Positions 59,797 through 64,000 of a DNA stretch of 64,000 nt are shown here, one piece after another; the first letter of the stretch is position 1, and every line of letters starts with the position of its first letter. Below the pieces are notes generated by a model that saw only the letters and a list, made by a program, of their open reading frames with translations, ran no database searches and was not told the origin of the DNA. The stretch is from Candidatus Latescibacterota bacterium (GTDB taxonomy: Bacteria; Latescibacterota; UBA2968; UBA8231), in contig OZ242214.1 of assembly GCA_965206595.1 (NCBI GenBank), positions 1,536,001 through 1,600,000 on the forward strand, given 5' to 3'. Position numbers and translations under genes: made by a program.

Positions 59797-60528
59797 ATGG
59801 CAGCGACAGAAGGGCGCCCTGGCAGCGGCGGCGATTCCCTCGGCCTCGCGGCGCGGTTCCTCGACGACCTCGTGGCATTCGAGGGCCCGGACTTCGTTCT
59901 CCCCGCCGGCCTGGGAGATGCGGAACCCCTCCCGGGAGCAACGGGAGGGGAAGCCGGGCAGGCAGGCGCCTCCGCCGTGCTCGACGCCTTCCACTCGGAG
60001 ATCTGCAACTGCACCGCCTGTCCCTTGGGACACTCGCGGCAGAATTTTGTCTTCGGCTCGGGAAATCCCGAAGCCGGCATCATGTTCGTCGGGGAGGCTC
60101 CGGGGGCCGAGGAGGACCGTCAGGGGCTGCCGTTCGTCGGGGAGGCGGGCCGACTGCTGACCCGGATCATCGAGGCGATGCGGATGCGGCGGGAGGACGT
60201 CTACATCTGCAACGTGCTGAAGTGCCGGCCTCCCAACAACCGCGATCCCCTGCCCGAGGAGGTCGACCAGTGCGAGCCGTATTTCAAGCGGCAGATTGAG
60301 ATCGTGCAGCCGCGCATCATCTGCGCCCTCGGTCGCGTCGCCTCGCAGGCGCTGCTCAGGACGACATCTCCGCTCGGGGCGCTGCGCCGCACCCTGCACC
60401 AGTACGAGGGGATTCCCGTGATCGTCACATATCACCCGGCTGCCCTGCTGCGCAATGCCGGTTTCAAAAGGCAGACGTGGGAGGATATCAAGTGGCTCCG
60501 GCGCCAGTACGACGGAGTGGAGCTGTGA
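59797..60528 (+). CDS. Uracil-DNA glycosylase family 4
   Basis: CTACPL, GEAPG..ED..G.PFVG.AG, NVLKCRPPNNR, C, TYHPAALLR. Confidence 0.93.
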   Translation: MAATEGRPGSGGDSLGLAARFLDDLVAFEGPDFVLPAGLGDAEPLPGATGGEAGQAGASAVLDAFHSEICNCTACPLGHSRQNFVFGSGNPEAGIMFVGEAPGAEEDRQGLPFVGEAGRLLTRIIEAMRMRREDVYICNVLKCRPPNNRDPLPEEVDQCEPYFKRQIEIVQPRIICALGRVASQALLRTTSPLGALRRTLHQYEGIPVIVTYHPAALLRNAGFKRQTWEDIKWLRRQYDGVEL

Positions 60529-60553
60529 CCGTTCCGGAAAGGGGAGAATCGCC

Positions 60554-61939
60554 GTGAACCATGGGAGGCCGGAGAACGGCCGTGGCCTCGACCGCCTGCC
60601 GCCCCAGGCCGTCGACGTCGAGCAGGCGGTCATCGGCGCCATGCTGATCGATCAGCGGGCGGTGGGGCGCGCCATCGAGATTCTCGACGAGGGCTGTTTC
60701 TACCACAATCCCCACGCCAGGATCTTCTCCGCCATGATCTCCCTGTTCGATCGCAGCGAGGTGATCGACCAGCTCACCGTCAGCGAGGAGCTCAAGAAAC
60801 GGGGCGAGTTCGAGGAGGTGGGGGGCCTGGTCTACCTGTCGACCCTGGCGGCCGACGTCGCCACCGCGGCCAACATCGTTCACCACGCAAACATCGTTCT
60901 CGACAGGGGACTGAGCCGCTCCCTGATCGAAACCGCGGCGCTGATTACCGACCGGGCTTTCGAGGGCAGGACCGAAGTGTACGAGCTCCTCGACTGGGCA
61001 GAGCAGCGGATCTTCTCGCTCTCGGAAAGGAGGCATTCGAGCGGCTTCGAGAGCATCGAGAAGGTCCTGCACGACACCTTCGAGCAGATCGAGCAGGCCC
61101 ATAACCGCGACTCCGCGGTCTCCGGGGTCGACACCGGTTTTTCGGATCTCAACGACCTGACATCCGGCCTGCAGGCGGGGGATCTCGTCATCCTCGCGGC
61201 GCGTCCGAGCGTCGGCAAGACGGCGCTGGCCCTGGGCATGGCACGCAACGCCGCAGTCGAGACCGGGAAAGGGGTGGCGATCTTCAGCCTCGAAATGTCC
61301 AAGCAGCAGGTCGCGCAGCGGCTGCTCTGCCTCGAGACCCGGGTCGATCTGCACAAGCTGAGGACCGGCCGCCTGCGCGACGACGACTGGCTTCGCCTGA
61401 CGCGGCAGGTAGGCAAGTTGGCCCAGGCCCCGATCTTCGTCGACGATACCCCGGGCATCACCATTCTCGAGACGCGGGCAAAAGCCCGGCGCCTGAAGCG
61501 CGAGCAGGGCGTCGAACTGATCGTTATAGACTACCTGCAGCTGATGGGAACCCACGTCAACGTCAACAGCCGCGAGCAGGAGGTGGCGCAGATCTCGCGC
61601 GGGTTGAAGGGGCTCGCCAAGGAGCTCGACGTACCTGTGCTCGCCCTGTCGCAGCTGTCGCGGGCACCCGAGGCGCGCACCGGAGGGCGGCCGCAGCTGT
61701 CCGACCTGAGGGAGAGCGGCTCGCTGGAGCAGGACGCCGACGTGGTGATGTTCATCTACCGCTCCGACCTGTACGTCAAATCCGACGAGGCGGGCAGCCA
61801 GGAGGGAACTGCAGAAATCATCATCGGCAAGCAGCGCAACGGTCCCGTCGGCTCGGTAAAGCTGATGTGGGACGAGGGCTGCGCCTCCTTCCAGGACCTC
61901 GCTCCGGAGTTCCGCATAGAGCAGGAGCCGGAATTCTAG
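60554..61939 (+). CDS. dnaB: Replicative DNA helicase
   Basis: PPQ...EQAVIG, AARPSVGKT, FSLEM, IDYLQL, LSQLSR, PQLSDLRESGSLEQDAD, KQRNGP; no intein seen. Confidence 0.97.
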   Translation: MNHGRPENGRGLDRLPPQAVDVEQAVIGAMLIDQRAVGRAIEILDEGCFYHNPHARIFSAMISLFDRSEVIDQLTVSEELKKRGEFEEVGGLVYLSTLAADVATAANIVHHANIVLDRGLSRSLIETAALITDRAFEGRTEVYELLDWAEQRIFSLSERRHSSGFESIEKVLHDTFEQIEQAHNRDSAVSGVDTGFSDLNDLTSGLQAGDLVILAARPSVGKTALALGMARNAAVETGKGVAIFSLEMSKQQVAQRLLCLETRVDLHKLRTGRLRDDDWLRLTRQVGKLAQAPIFVDDTPGITILETRAKARRLKREQGVELIVIDYLQLMGTHVNVNSREQEVAQISRGLKGLAKELDVPVLALSQLSRAPEARTGGRPQLSDLRESGSLEQDADVVMFIYRSDLYVKSDEAGSQEGTAEIIIGKQRNGPVGSVKLMWDEGCASFQDLAPEFRIEQEPEF

Positions 61940-62230
61940 TTCCTGGTGCGTGCTACTTCGCGTGACCTTGGCCCTCAGGGTCCATGTGAACTTGGTCGAA
62001 CGGTTCTTCGGCGAGCTGACGCAGGACGTGATCCGGGACAAAAGCTTTGCCAGCCTCAGAGCGTTGGTGCACGACATCGAGGCCTACTTGGCGGAACGGA
62101 ATCTGGCTGCCAACCCTACCGCTGGAAGGCCGACGGAGAGAAATCCTGCGCAAATCCAGCGCGTCCGGGAGGCCTTGGCGGCGACTTCGGACAGTACTTA
62201 TTAATTCCTTTCAATTATCGGACACCACAC
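61939..62230 (+). mobile_element. IS630-family remnant (3' transposase fragment plus right end)
   Basis: NLVERFFGELT...IR..SF.S...L...IEAYL...N, then YRWKA in a shifted frame; end GACACCACACTAG resembles the intact IS630 end; CTAG at both borders. Confidence 0.8.
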
Positions 62231-64000
62231 TAGGCCCAGCGCACCAGCCCCATCTCCAGGGGGTTTTGCAGATCGGGGTGGTTGGGCAGCACGCGCAGTG
62301 TGTAGCCGAGGGATCCCGGGGTCGAGCAGCGGTAGTTTCCGGTGAAGGTGTGCCGGTCATCTCCATCGGAGTTCGAGTACTGCAGCGCCGTGGATTCCCC
62401 CTGCACGATCTCCTGACGGGCGTTGACGCGGCCGGCAAACAGCTCGACGCGAACGTCATGCGGTGCCAGGGATCCGAGGCGGACGCTCGCCGAGGCGGAC
62501 GCTCGCCGAGACAGGTATGCTGGCGCCGACTTTCGACCGCTGCGGCGAGTAGGCTTCGACCGCCTCGATCCGCACCTCCGACCAGGCGGAGCGGATCCCG
62601 GCCTTCCACTCACTCAGCCTGGCGATCCGCTCACGGTCGCCGTTGAGCTGTTCCCAGCGTCTGTGGTTGGGCAGGTAGAGATCCTCGAGATACTCACGCA
62701 CCATGCGGTTGGTGTTGTACTGCGGAACGAGCGTCGCCAGCGACTCCTTGATGCGCTCGATCCAGCCGCAGGGGACCCCGTCCAGCGAGCGGGAGTAGAA
62801 CAGGGGGATCACCTCGGTCTCGAGCAGGTCGTAGAGGGCATTCGACTCGACTTCGTCCTGGTAGTCGGTGTCTTCGTACATCTCGCCGCGGCCGATCACC
62901 CATCCGGGACGCAGCTCGCAGGCCTCCTCCCACCAGCCGTCGAGGACGCTGATGTTCAGGGTGCCGTTGATCGCCGCCTTCATGCCGCTGGTGCCGCTGG
63001 CTTCCTGGGGTCGTCTCGGGTTGTTGAGCCAGACGTCGCATCCCTGGACCATGAAGCGGGCGATGTTGATGTCGTAGTCCTCGAGGAAGAACAGGCGCCC
63101 GGCGAACGGTTCCTGGCGCGACAGGGCCACAATGTCGCGGATCAGCTCCTTGCCGGCGTGGTCGTGGGGATGGGCCTTGCCGGCGAACAACACCTGCAGC
63201 GGCTGCCGCTCGTTCTCCATCAGGGCCGCGAGGCGGTCGGGGTTTCTCAGCAGCAGGGTGCCGCGCTTGTAGGTGGCGAAGCGGCGGGCGAAACCCAGGG
63301 TGAAGACGCTGTCGTCCAGCCTCTGCAGGGATCGCTCCGCCCTACCCGGGGGGACGCCCTGGCGCCGGAACTGGCTGCGCAGGTGGCGGCGGGCGAAGTC
63401 GAGCAGGCGCTGGCGGCGGACCTGGCGGATCTGCCACAGCTCTCTGTCGGGCACCCGGCGAACCGCTTCCATGTCCTTTCCGCAGTCGGGGGAGAAGCGC
63501 CAGGCAGACCCCACCTCGCGGTCGAGCAGCTCAGCCATCTGCGGGGACGCCCATGTCTGGCTGTGCACCCCGTTGGCAATCGCCGCGATCGGTACCTCGG
63601 AAGGGGCGAGGTCGGGCCCACAGGTGATCCCACATCGACCGGGCCACCTCTCCGTGAAGCCTGCTGACGCCGTTGGCCTGGGCGGACAGCCTCAGTGCGA
63701 GCACGGTCATGCAGAAATCGCTGTCCTGGTCCCCGGGGTCGACGCGGCCGAGCCCGAGGAGCTGCTCCCGGGTGAGGCCGAGATTCTCTCGGTAGCCGCC
63801 GAGCCAGGCCTCCACCAAGTCCGGAGGGAACCAGTCGTTCCCCGCGGCGACCGGGGTATGCGTGGTGAAGACGTTGCCGGCAACGGTGGCCTCGCGCGCC
63901 TTCTCGAAGTCCAAACCCTGTTCCGCCATCATCGAGCGGATGCGCTCCAGCGCCTGGAATGCGGAATGCCCCTCGTTCATGTGACAGATTCCGGGGTTGA
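62230..64000 (-). pseudogene. glgP: Alpha-glucan (glycogen) phosphorylase, 3' part, with two frame disruptions
   Basis: MNEGH, FTTHTPV.AG, NGVS.LH, NGVH, GFARRFATYKR, GKAHP, EASGTSGMK, SVLDGWW; +1 shift near 63618 and 16-bp duplication at 62474-62505; 5' end outside the window. Confidence 0.85.
62474..62510. repeat. 16-bp tandem duplication within glgP
   Basis: CCGAGGCGGACGCTCG x2 + CCGAG. Confidence 0.95.

Overview
High-GC bacterial chromosomal segment made mostly of core genes. Gene content and order suggest a diderm FCB-superphylum lineage, possibly Latescibacterota-like; this is inference only. Left part, in order: the end of the alpha ribosomal operon (rpsM'-rpsK-rpsD-rpoA-rplQ), rlmD, an orphan sigma54 activator, an atypical ClpX-like ATPase, and a TPR/periplasmic-binding protein. 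Next is a ~15 kb MoxR-DUF58-[GldA/F/G-like ABC cassette-DUF4340]-BatA/B/C/D/E operon, containing a 50-Gln tract and an AT-rich segment fused to a double-GldG protein. Middle part: a stand-alone murG::HEAT-mraY pair, recG, a GT-C-like membrane protein, a small HTH gene plus ssb, RraA-like and S1/P1-like genes, a broken enolase-superfamily gene, a degenerate RNase II-like gene, a Gfo/Idh/MocA gene, an intact IS630, polX and a cysQ-like gene. Right part: a nucleosidase-fold/SPL-like radical SAM/SDR operon, dapF, an SprT-like protease, a metallopeptidase-propeller-Omp85 gene with lipoprotein partners, yicC-(archaeal-type CMP kinase)-coaBC-udg-dnaB, an IS630 remnant and a disrupted glycogen phosphorylase gene. 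Several single-base frameshifts, including one in the normally essential coaBC, suggest indel errors in the assembly. No rRNA, tRNA or CRISPR array was recognised. All family calls come from reading motifs by eye; no database search was run.
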